Origin: Paramecium tetraurelia
Taxonomy: Eukaryota
DNA: 37,946 nucleotides
Assembly (NCBI GenBank): GCA_000165425.1
Contig: CT868006.1
Span: 248,001-285,946, forward strand
Direction of reading: 5' to 3'
Part shown: piece after piece, positions 10,449 to 22,004 of the stretch
How the letters are laid out: the number at the start of each line of letters is the position of its first letter
How positions within the stretch are numbered: position 1 is the first letter of the stretch
The notes under the pieces: model-generated
The model's database searches: none
Told to the model about the DNA's origin: nothing
The model's input: only the letters and a program-made list of their open reading frames with translations
Position numbers and translations under genes: made by a program

Positions 10449-12702
10449 ATGGAAGGTACACTTAGTTTCTATCTAGACATCTTTAAATCGCCCTCTAATA
10501 AATTCTTCATAATTAAATACAAGACCAGAGGACAAGCCGATCTAAGTCTAAATAATTAAGTGATTTTCCTCCAAAAGAGATTTGATTAGCAATTAAGGAA
10601 TGCAGCCTAAGTATGCGAGTAAGTAGGAGTCTTTTTGAGTTGTCTGGATCAACAATCATTTATTGCTTTTGGTACAATTTAGAATGAACCAACTGATTTT
10701 GAATATCTCACCGTATTTCTAAAAAGTTAACTCATTAGGAGGAATAGTAGCAGAATTTGAGTAAATTGCAGGAGTTTTTCTAATCATTTGTGAAGGTAGA
10801 GTGGATATTTAAAGGTGTGCTTAATTTTGAGAAAACTAAAAATATTAAAAATGATTTGAATGAAATGAAACCAGTCAATCATTGTAAGGATGTCTAGGAA
10901 TTGACTTGTCAGACTGCAGAATAAGTAAATTATATTGTATTAATCAAAGTTATTATCATTGCTTTAAAAATAAGAACCTTATAAGCCTTAGCCTTAATGG
11001 GGTGTTGTAATACCACAAAAAATTAATGATATAATCAACTAAAATCTTAGAACTCATGATAATGATAAATAAAAAAGTAGTAAGAGTAGAAGTAGACACA
11101 AGGATAAGGAAAAAGACAAAGAAAAAGATAGAAGAAAATCAAGCAAGGATAGAGCAAAAGACAAGTATGATCGTAAGAGTAGAGAGAGAAGGAGTAAAGA
11201 CAGAAGAAGTAAAGAAAGAAGTTAAAGAAGAAGTAAAGAGAAAAAAAAAAAAAGCAATGAAAAAAAAGATAACAGAGAAGATATAAAAAGCCAAAATATA
11301 TCAGAGTTTGTTGTTTATGATAGTATTCTAATACATAATAGATAATAGATAAGGATTAAAGAGAAAAAGAAAGACAGACAAGAGAAAAAGAATACTTGAA
11401 AGAAAAAGATTAAAGAGAACAAAGAGAAAGAGACAGAGCAAAAGAATAAATAGAATAGAGAGAGAGAGACAGAGAAAAAGAGTAACGATAACAAAAAGAA
11501 CAAGAAAAAAGAGAAAAGGAAGAAAAAGAAATGATAGAAAAATAAAAGTAAAAAGAGAAAGAAAGAGAAAGAGAAAAGGAGAGAGAAAGAGAAAGAGAAA
11601 GAGAGAGGGAAAAAGAAAAAGAAAAAGAAAGGGAAAAAGAAAAAGAAAAAGAGAGAGAAAAAGAAAGAGAAAGAGAAAGAGAGAAAGAAAGAGAAAAAGA
11701 GAAGGAAATTAACAAAGATAGAGAAAAAGATAGAGATCGATAAAGGGATAAAGAAAAAGATTATAATAGAGATAGAGAGAAATTTGATAAAAGCAAATAT
11801 GATAAAAAAGATGATCATAGATAAAAAGAAAGAAATGAGTCTAAACATGATTATGATAAAAAATAAAAGGATAAAGAGAGAGATAAAAATAGAGAGAAGT
11901 CTAAAGAGAAGTCTTTTGAGAGATCGGATAGAAAAGATAGAGAGAGAAGGAAAGAGAAAGAAAGATCAAGAGGTGGGGACAAAGAGAGAGATAGAGATTA
12001 AAATAATAAGAAACATAAGGATTATAGAAGGGAAACAACCAAAAAGAGAAGTGAGGAGAGATCAAAGCCTCGATCTAGAAGTGAAGACAGACGCTAAGGT
12101 CATAACTCAAATAAAAATAAGAAGATCGTTGAATTGGCTTCATAAAGCGAACAACCAAGAGAATTCTAGTACCAAAACATTAATAAATAGTTCATCTGTG
12201 TCATTATCATCCCATAAATAAGAGTAAGAGCAACAAGATCATGAATTGGAATAAAATTCTGTGAGACCTGAATAGAAGGACCAAGTAGATCTTGGAGTTA
12301 TTTTGAATGTTTTGGATTCCCCAAACCAAAATGCACAATAATTTCAACCACTAATTTAACCAGTTATAATTACACCGGCTGAATAAATAGTGTTAACAAA
12401 GCAAAGTGAATCCCAACAATCAAACATTCTAAATAGTGATTCCAAAAAAAGGATATTATTAGTGAATTAGGAGAAAAGTTAAAGTGTGCCAGATAATGTT
12501 GAATAGCAAAAACCATTAAATCCAGGTTCAATGAAGATCATAAAAGATGCGCCGTCAAAAAGTATATAATAAATAGCAAATCAACAATGTTAAGCAAAAA
12601 AGTCAGTGGTAATTTAAGACTCGAAACAAGTATTCATTATTACATATTCAAAAGGGCAGCGGAAGTTAAATTAGAGATAGAATAATACTTAAAAAGAAAT
12701 GA
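10449..12702 (+). CDS. YTH-domain (YTHDC1-like, degenerate) protein with long R/E/K/D low-complexity region
   Basis: Spliced N-terminus KFFIIKYKTRGQADLSLNNQVIFLQKRFDQQLRNA...VGVFLSCLDQQSFIAFG...VKVEWIFKGVLNFEKTKNIKNDLNEMKPVNHCKDVQELTCQTAEQLLSLL follows the YTH pattern (FFIIKS..., F.V.W, N..NE.KPV..RDGQE). It is followed by RS/RE/KE repeats. Four or more 25-26 nt introns; TGA 12700-12702. Confidence 0.82.
11540..11710 (+). repeat. Purine-only GAAAGA/GAAAAA/GAGAGA hexamer array encoding (ER/EK)n
   Basis: Near pyrimidine-free run inside the YTH gene. It explains the spurious F/S/L-rich minus-strand ORFs in the track. Confidence 0.9.
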
Positions 12703-12850
12703 GATTAATTTAACATTCAAGCAATAACTTATTTTTTTACATATATCTAAAATTAGTTTTTAAATCATTACATATCAGATTGGTTATCCTGAGTGTTTAA
12801 AGTTTTATTAATTTATATAAACTCTAACTACAACTCAATAATTAATCAGA

Positions 12851-15697
12851 ATGAGGGAAAGCAAACATACAGAATTCTAGTTTGATGATGATTCCAAGGA
12901 TAGATCGTTGCCTCAGCCAATAGATCATATTAACAAAAGTTATTCTTTGGAAAATGACATGGTTTTAGGATGGGTTCCTGCATAATATTAGGAGGAGATA
13001 ATAAACGTGTAGTTCTATAATGAATTAAACGATCAACTCATAGAGTTTTACAATTAAAATGACCCAAATAAGATAGTTTATTTAGGTTATAGGCCAAATG
13101 AAGCAATGCAATTTCATAAATAATTCTCTGCATAATCTAATTATAAAATCAGAAATGCTAAAAATTACAAAGTCAAATCCTATCAAAACTAATAGTTATT
13201 TGTAGGAATGAATCCAAATGTCGAAAATTAAATAAAATTCAATTCTTAATTTGAAAGTGGGAACCTAGATTTGGCAATTTAAAAGTCTGAACTAGAGTAC
13301 GATCTATACATGAGAGTTGATACAAATACTAAAGGTCATACACTTTGGTATTACTTTGAAGTAACAGGTTTGAGAAATTTTGATTCAATTAAATTTAACA
13401 TTTGCAATTTTCGTAAAAAAAGGTGCTTATATGAACGTGGAATGAAACCTTACATCTAAAGGGATTCCTAAGATTGGTAGTAAGAGGGAGAGAATGTGAA
13501 ATATGGGGCATATAAATGTTAATTTAAAGAAATTCAAAAGTAATATTATTGTCTGACATTTACTCTGATGAATAAAAAACGGGATGATAAAATAAGGATA
13601 GCCTATTGTGTACCATACACATTAAGCAAGTTAAATAATTTCTTGAAATCCTTAAATTCGTAGTATTTGGAATAATCCTTTTTTTGTCACTCTTTAAGTG
13701 GAGTCTACATTCCAAAGTTAACTTTCTCTAAAGGAAACATCTTAAAGAAGAAAGTAATAGTAATATAAGCTCGAATTCATCCTGGAGAATCAAATTCATC
13801 ATGGGTCATGTAGGGTTTATTAGAGTATTTGAGTTCAAGTCAAGCAGATAAATTATTAGATTAGTAAGCAATAAAATAATTATAAGATTAATTTTTGTAA
13901 TTGTCCCCATGATGAATGTTGATGGAGTAATATTTGGTAATTATAGGACTGGTTGTGCAGGGAGAGACTTGAATAGGCAATTCAGAGATAGTTGTAAGAA
14001 ATTGTATCCGACAGTTTATGCAATGAAACAATTGATTTATGACTTGTATTAATTATATGGAGATCAAATAGTTGGTTTTATAGATATTCATGGGCATTCA
14101 GGTATTATATTTCCATTTTATTAGAGCCAAAAAGAATGCATTTTTATATGGACCCGAATTTTAATTGTGGAATTGCAATTATTATAAATCTAGATTATTT
14201 GCTAAAATTTTATCGCTCAAAACTCAAGTTTTTCGTTATTATTCTTGTCTATTTAGAATAAACAAATGTAAAATAAATACTGCAAGAGCTGTCTTTTGTG
14301 AGAAATACGAATTTATTAATTGTTTTACTTTAGAAGTGTCAAACAGCAGTTACTATTATGAGTAAACTACAGAGAATTTCTCTGAATAGAAATGGATTTA
14401 GTTTGGCTAAATAATTGGCGAGTCATTTAATGATTTTATAATTCATTTTTAAGAAATAGATACTCTATTTTGTGATTTTAAGGATAAGAAGGTAAACAAA
14501 TAAACAAAAAAAAAATATAATACTCAAATAAATGATGAAAAATAATAGAATCTTTAGAATATTTGTTAGAATTCAAAATACTCTGAGTTATTTGAAGAAA
14601 TGAAGAATGATTAACCAAATTTATCTTTCTCTGAGGGTGAATCTGATAGTGAAAGGGAATCGGATGATTTAGATGATGAAATCTTGAATTATGTAGTATT
14701 AACTTCAAATAAATAAAAAAAGATCAAAAAGTCTAAAAAATCTTTAAAAACTGAATATAAAAAGCAATCAATCAGGAGTGAAAATAGTTCTGGAGTAAAC
14801 AATCATACAGTGTTTTTGAATAAAAAATAATTTTTGGAAGATTAACCAAATAATATTTTCTAACAAACCTAAAATTAAAACATTTATAGAAGAACAAGTT
14901 TTAAATAATACAAACAAGAGGATAAAATTAAAGATAATTAAACGTTTACGTTGACTAGCAAAAATTCCCTTGAGTCTAGTAATATAAAAACATTTAGAGC
15001 ATCATAGCTTAGTGGACTTCAACCAAAATTTGAATAAATAGGCGTCCAGAACAGAAATAAATCTCCGATAAAATTAAAAACATTAATACATGAAGGCAAA
15101 CTGGGAGAGTCAATCGAATTAAATGGTGAAATTAATGAGGAAAATATGGCCGATCAAATTTTTCAGCCTTACATTAAAAGACCATTGTTGAATTAAACAA
15201 ATAATGCAAACATTAAATTTGGAAATATTTGCTCTCCCACAAAAGATTTCGTGTTTCTAAACGAATTGAATACTAGAATAATGTAAAATACTCACTTCCC
15301 TACAGATTAAGGTTGCACTTATAACGTAACTGCAATTTATCATGGAATAAATAAACATTAAAAAAAACCTAATAACTATAGGTTTAATAAAATGTAAAAA
15401 TTCTAAAAAACCTAAAATCCTTCAATTAATTTAAGAAATACTCTGCAAGTATAAAAATTAGGAACAACAACGGAAGATTCTTTTGGAATAGTAATAAAAC
15501 CTAAGCTATTTTCATCACCTTAGATCGATGAATCATAAGGTTAAGCTGAATAATCGAAAAGTGCAATGAATTAATATTAGAATACTTCAATAAGTCAAAA
15601 ACCCTAAAAACAATTGGTTCCATCTTCATTTTATTCAATTAAAAAGCATTGGACCAACACTAGGGGTATTCACTAATACCTTAATCTGAACAATTGA
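12851..15697 (+). CDS. Cytosolic carboxypeptidase (M14D, CCP/AGBL/Nna1 family; tubulin deglutamylase-type)
   Basis: FNSQFESGNL, EYDLYMRVDTNT, WYYFEV, IAYCVPYT, ARIHPGESNSSW (Zn ligands HxxE), PMMNVDGVIFGNYR, RDLNRQF, IDIHGHS, TARAV, FTLEVS. Long low-complexity C-terminal tail; introns at about 13864-13886 and about 14102-14126. Confidence 0.95.
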
Positions 15698-15750
15698 AAA
15701 TGAAGTTTAATTTTTGTTTATAATAAAAATTTTGATATATATTAATTGGG

Positions 15751-17836
15751 TCACACTTTAGAAAAAAACTTTTTTTCTTAATTTATTCTTTCTAAAGAGA
15801 GTTTTTGTCCTGACGCCTTATAAAAATTTTGTTTTTAATTAAGCATTTACCGAGATCTAGGGTTATTTTTGACTGATTAAATCAATGGAATAATATCCTA
15901 GGATTTAGCGGATCTAGATTAATTGATTTTAATACCTTCCTTAACTATGATATGATGCAACACATGGAGTATTAGGCTATAAATTTGTATGTGAAATCCA
16001 TTCTTTATAGACAGATTTTGTTTGAGCTTCTTAAGGAGATTCGTAAAAAAAAGAGGAGCCAAAAATTACTGGTAAATTCATAGTTTTACCTTAGGCAATT
16101 TTTTTTCTAAAATCCTATTCTCCTCTTTAAGACTCTTTTTCGTCCAAATTCATTTTTAAGGGATCAGGTTTAAATGGAGGCTTTACTTTTTTAAGTGCTA
16201 ATTATTTAAAATCAATTTGAGAGAAAAAAGGATGTTTCAAAATTTCTTATACCCCTCCTTTGGCACCTAATCTCTAAATTGGATCTTTTTCAAGAAGTGC
16301 AATCAGCAAACTTTTAACTTCTCTCGATAAAGTCAACTAAGAAAATTGTATAATTATACATCATTTGGAAATGACAACTTAGAGTACAAAATGTCTTAGT
16401 AAATTTGATTGGTATTTGTTGAATAATAGGGAGGTAATCCTGTAAGTAATTCATACAGTAAAGCTCCCAAACAATAAAAGTCTACTGTTTATGAATGTCC
16501 CAATTTTAATAACATTTCTGGAGCCATGTATTCAGGAGATCCACAAAAACTGTATGCTTTTTCTTCTCTTCCAATTTCAGGTTTACTTAAACCAAAATCG
16601 GCTATTCTAACGTGACCTTCTATGTCCATTAAAATGTTTTCAGGCTTGATGTCTCTATATAATATGTTAAGGGAATGAATCTCTTATAAACCCTCAGAAT
16701 AAGAATTAATTTACATACCAAACAAATTTCTGAAATGTAAAAGCAGGCTTATTCTTCACTCATTCTTTTAATCTATTTAAGTTGGAAAAAGAGTTCCCCT
16801 CCTTGACAAAATTCCAAAACAAAAACTACAAACTATCTTGATTCAAAGGCATATGATAAATGTAATAAAAATGGGCTGTTGAGTAGCGTCATTATGTTTC
16901 TTTCATTTAAAACAATTTACTATTTCTTTTTTGCAATAATAAACTCTTTATCTATTAACTTCAAGGCGTAGAATTTTCCGGTATCCTTCTTTCTGACAAG
17001 GTACACTAAAGAAAAACCTCCCACTCCTATATTTTTTAAGAATATAAAGTCTTTAAGACCAACTTTTGGTTCAGGTGAAGCCTATAACAAGAATGCTTCT
17101 AGTTTCAATCCTGAACTCATAAAAACGTTAAAGGATAAGTCTGGTTATGCGATGTAATAATCTATAGAGATTGAATGTTATTAAGATACAAAACTAACTA
17201 TTTAATTGACTGATGGTTTATCTTTAAGATTAGCATAGCATTCTTGTGGATTAGCGAATTCTAAATCATGTAATCTTTGCAAGATTTGAAACCAGATTTA
17301 TCTCATATTAAGACTAAGGATATATAACTATAGGCTTACTGAGAATCGAAATAGAAGTAAAAGTCTTGATTACCAAATCTGACAACAACATTATGATGTT
17401 TGACTTATTGCATTTATTCATCCGGACCTAAACTTTTGGCTTTGCTCAATACTGAAGTAGGATTGCCCATATCTGTTTTGATTGTCCTTTTTACTGATTC
17501 CATAGCCTCAATCGTAACAGATTGGGCAGATCGCTTTTACTATCCACCTTAATTGTTAACGAAATTGGCATTAATGAAGAACTTATTTTATTATGCAATA
17601 GAGTTCTGCGTTGATCTTTGTGTCTATTTGCTCAATTATTATTTCATTCTAATATCATTCTTTTTCTGTTTGTAGAGGTAGAATTTTTCCAATGCATTAT
17701 CTGGTATTTAATCTATTGATTGCTATTTATTTTGTGAGGTTTTTCGATGACTGGGAGTTGTGTGCAATTGATTCATTTGGCTTTTGCGAGAAAAGGAATC
17801 TTAGGATCCTATTCTTAATACACCTTGATGTTGCAT
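15751..17836 (-). CDS. AGC-group Ser/Thr protein kinase (Akt/SGK/RSK-like catalytic domain)
   Basis: [94 protein letters not shown]...HPFFSQIDF...PPFKPDP. Several short introns. Confidence 0.95.
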
Positions 17837-18274
17837 GTTAAATTTTGTAGTTTAATTTAATAAAATTCGGAAAAGCAATATAAAAAATTTGATTGTTTTC
17901 AATGCCTGTTAAGAGAATTTTCAAATATTTTTATAAAATTCAAGTAAGTATTTTTAATATAAGATCAGTTTTCGAAATTGAGCGATCTCTGTTTTAAACT
18001 TTTAATATTGAAATTTAATAACGTATCTAAATTTAAAATTTGATAATGCCAATACTTTAATCGAACCGGAAAATACTCATGAAATAATCATAAACACTCC
18101 AAATTAATAACTTAATTATGAACAAAATACTTACTTTACTTTTAAAGTCTTTTAAGGCATTATAAAACAGGAAAAAAGGCTTTAAATATTAGTTTGATGG
18201 GTAGTTTGATATGATGTTTTTTTCTGATACTAGTTAATAGGGCATATCTTATTTAATTATAATATAATAACAAT

Positions 18275-18772
18275 TCAGCAATCGGATATCTGCAGTTTAT
18301 TTGGTTAAGAGGACAAACTTTCCATAGATCTGTTTGTGGAACTTTAAGCTAAGAATTCATCAGCCATCTTATTCCAGAAGCAAGCCGATTTTATTACTAC
18401 TCTATCCACTATTGATATTTTTTTTTTCGGAATAATGAGGGTTGAGGTTTGATCTCTAATTGTTGTGTGAAGTCGTTGTTACCAGAAGTTTAGAGAATTC
18501 TCTATAATATTATCCATAGAAGCAATTAATTTCTATATTTATATTATTATTATTAATACCCTAATGTGTAAAACTTAATGAGTACTAAAAATTCTAGAAG
18601 GTTCAGAAATTTATAAGAAAGTCAAATACAAAAAGTTTGGTTTTAAATCGAATTATTTCAATTGTTTGTAGAGGTTAATTTGCCCTTATTATTTCCAATA
18701 TTTAAATAATAATAAATATTTATTTTATTTTTATTACTCTAATGATGAGACATTTGATTAAGTGACATTCAT
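18275..18772 (-). CDS. Small hypothetical protein (about 155-165 aa)
   Basis: Code-6 ORF MNVTQSNVSSLEQQKQNKYLLLFKYWKQQG...SACFWNKMADEFLAQ...ISDC*, with a probable 27-nt intron at about 18532-18558. Divergent from the stomatin gene across 82 nt. Confidence 0.55.
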
Positions 18773-18854
18773 GATCTTTGATCTAATCTTCTCTCTGAAT
18801 TTTTGAAATTTGCAATTTTTCTTAATATAATAATTATATATAATATAATTAACA

Positions 18855-19809
18855 ATGGAATAACAACCCCTTAGCAATAATAGAGTAAAAACTCATCTTA
18901 GTTTACAATTAGTAAAATATGAATGAGGATTAATTAACTTAAAAAAGAGAGTTGACATCATATGAATCTTGCCTCGATTGTTGTGGAAATGTTTCCGGAT
19001 GTTTGAGAGTATAACCAAACAATTGATTTAAGGCTTGGCTCCCTTGCATATTTTGTTGTTGCGAAAATCCCTTCTACGCAGTCCAATAGAGTTCTCTAGG
19101 ATTGGTTGAGAAGTTCGGAAAATACCACCGAAGTTTACCACCAGGTTTAAATTAAATTAACCCTTGCACTGTATTTTTGTAATTGATTGCACAAGGATAC
19201 CGTCATACAAGTGGATATGAGAACAAGAGTATTGGATTTAGATAGGTAAATTATCCTAACAAAGGATAATATACAAGTTAACATAGATACATGCATGTAT
19301 TTTAGAATTATCGGTAGGTAACTAATATTCAAGCATTTTAAATAGATGCCGTACGTGCAACCTATAGGGTTTCTAGACTGACATAATCTGTTAAGGACAT
19401 GACATACGCAGCATTGAGATAGGTTTGTGGAGAACATCAATTGCAAGATTTATTGGAACATAGAGAAATGGTCTAAGATTCAATTGAGGCTTACTTGGAT
19501 AAGTAAACAGATCAATGGGGAATATACATTGAAGAAGTTTTCATCAAAGATATGGTTTTAACTCCGCAGATGCAATCTGATTTGGCAGCTGCAGCCAAAA
19601 ATAAGAGAATCGCTTAGGCAAAAGTCATTTCCGCATAAGCCGATGTTGAAAGTGCTAAATTGATGAAAGAAGCTGCCCAAGCCCTTGATAGCAAGGCTGC
19701 AATGTAGATCAGATTCTTGGAGACACTTCAACTATTAGCCAAGGGACCATCATAAAAATTGATGTTCCTCCCTCTAAGTCCAGAATCATAAGGAGCTCAT
19801 AATGGATGA
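18855..19809 (+). CDS. Stomatin / SPFH (band 7) family protein
   Basis: GLVEKFGKY...PPGL, VDMRTRVLDL..QIILTKDNIQVNIDTCMYFRIID, LRQVCG, WGIYIEEVFIKD, AKVISAQADVESAKLMKEAA, AMQIRFLETL. Cys-rich N-terminus; 4 short introns. Confidence 0.95.
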
Positions 19810-19834
19810 GTTATGATAATAAGATAGATATAAT

Positions 19835-21736
19835 TCAAACTTTGAAATCCTGAGGAGAAATCCATTTGTCTTTTTCCGTGATTCTAAATTGATGTTGTGG
19901 CACTGATTAATTTCTACTGATGTATGCTGTAACCAAATTAGATTATGAAGGAGTGCCACAACGAAATTATTTAGGTCCAATGATTTTTTTGCATTTCTCT
20001 CTCTCCTCTTCCAATTCAAGTTGTTTCTGTGTTTTGTAAATATTATCAAATTATGTCTCAATTTGCATTGGATTTTAGTAGGTCTTTCTAAAAGCTAATT
20101 TTTAATTCCAAGATTCTTTTTAACCATGATTTGACAACTTCACCCCCCGGTTTTGAGACAAGAAGCCAGGCACCCATATTTGTTTGTTATTTGATTCAAC
20201 CAAAGAATCATCGATTGATGGGTGAAGCAATTTCATAATCTCCCCGGAAGTTTTGTGGAATTAGGGTTTTTATTCAATCGGATCATCAAATTAAGTTAAT
20301 ATTTAACCTTTTAAAGGGGAATTTAAGCCATTTTGAGAATTAGCAAATGAAACAAATTTTCGAGATTAATTGTTCGAAGTTCTAGCAGTTTATCTATATG
20401 AATTATCATTCTAAATAGAATTATATTTATACTGATAACATTTTATCTAATTCTTTGGTTGGCATTTTCTACATTTACTATTTGAATTTTCTCTTACCAA
20501 TTGCATTGTTTACAACAACATCCAATTTATTAGATTTCTTGGCAGCATAACCAGCATGATGAAACTCTGTAATCACATTAAATTTTATTGTTTTTTAATG
20601 TGCTTAATATTTATTTTTACTCATATGTTCTAGATAGATGTCCATAGCATTATCATTTTGTTTAATTGATGCAATTTCAATTGGTATCGAGTGAGCCTAT
20701 CCTGAACACAATTTAGTCAATTGATATCCCATGTAATTCTTTAAGACCACAGTTGTATCTTTGTATTTTCTTTTTATAGCAAATTGTGTCCCAATAATAT
20801 TGTCTGATATCTGTATAATCAAAGGGCCTATAAATAGAAACATTCTATAAACCTTTGGTGCAATCAGCCAATGTTTAAAATGTCTTCTTTGGATTCACAA
20901 AGTTGAATGGATGCACATCCCAAGAATTCTTATAAGGAACAACAAATTCAAATGGTATATCATTAAATAAGAAATGATGCATTTGATTTTTTCGTAAAGA
21001 ACAAACAATTTCGTTTTCTTTGGACACATACAGAGCATCCAATTCTTTCATTCCTTTAACTTTGTATTGAGGTGCTTTCATTATGTATTTACCAATAGTT
21101 TTAAATTCCTCAGCAGCTTTTCTAAAATGAATTCCAGCATTTCCTTTACTTATCCACTCCCCAGTATCATAATTGAATCCATATAAGTCACCTGTCACAT
21201 TGTCAAGAAAGAAATCTGTCTGTTTTATATCAGTCAAGTCCTTTTTGATCTTCGAGAGATCTCCCAATTATCCTCCATTTAATCCATTAATAACGCTTAT
21301 TTACTAGTAAATATCATTTTTAATACACACTCAACATTTGATGCTATCAAGAAAACCAGACCTTACATGGCAAATGAGGATGCAAAGAGGATTTTGTTGC
21401 TTCTGAGACACATCCTTAGCAAAATTAAATACTAATTCATGTTGAATTGAATACTTTATATGCATTAGGAGACCAAGGTCTAAGATTTGCATCTCCTTCA
21501 AAAAATATAATATCTATTGAATCGAACATTTTCCCACATTCAACTCTCACAAAAGAACTGTCTATTTCATACAACAAGTCATCGATAGAATCTCTGTCTC
21601 GTATAATGAAATCAATTTCAGTATCAATCATCTCTTTCTTACTAAGTAAAGCTTCTTTTATGATCAATTTATATTGCTCAAAGTTTTTCATTCCTTTGTA
21701 ACTCTTCCCATAACCATTTATGATAAGAATTTTCAT
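19835..21736 (-). CDS. Class I glutamine-amidotransferase-like fold protein, catalytic residues apparently missing
   Basis: MKILIING..., IDIIFFEGD..PW, KILFASSFAMQ (cf. GICLGxQ elbow), NSWDVH, IIGTQFAIK (cf. GxQFHPE). The two supplied ORFs (21437-21736, 20875-21267) join via 23-25 nt introns; ends WISPQDFKV*. Confidence 0.7.
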
Positions 21737-22004
21737 TTAATTAATAATATAATTTTTACGGTTTTGAGAAATTATCATTAGAAATAAACATGAAATTCTT
21801 ATTGTATCTATATCAGAACAGAGCGAATATTCAATTAATCAAATTAGATTATGTGCATCAATTCCAAAATTACATAGACAGCTATTTAAGGATAATTGTC
21901 ATAGTAAATTCGAAATAAACACCTCCATTATGAATTTAGTTTATTCAGTATTTTAAAGAATTCTAATAATAAAATCTCATAAAATTTTGGTTACATAACA
22001 AAAC

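Noticed and set aside
11315..11848. Phe/Ser/Leu-rich minus-strand ORFs (177 aa, 101 aa) that look like membrane proteins
   Set aside because: They are antisense shadows of the purine-rich (ER/EK)n coding repeat in the YTH gene.
11056..12221. Plus-strand Lys/Arg-rich ORFs 11056-11286 and 11784-12221
   Set aside because: They are alternative frames of the same low-complexity exon; the code-6 spliced frame accounts for the region.
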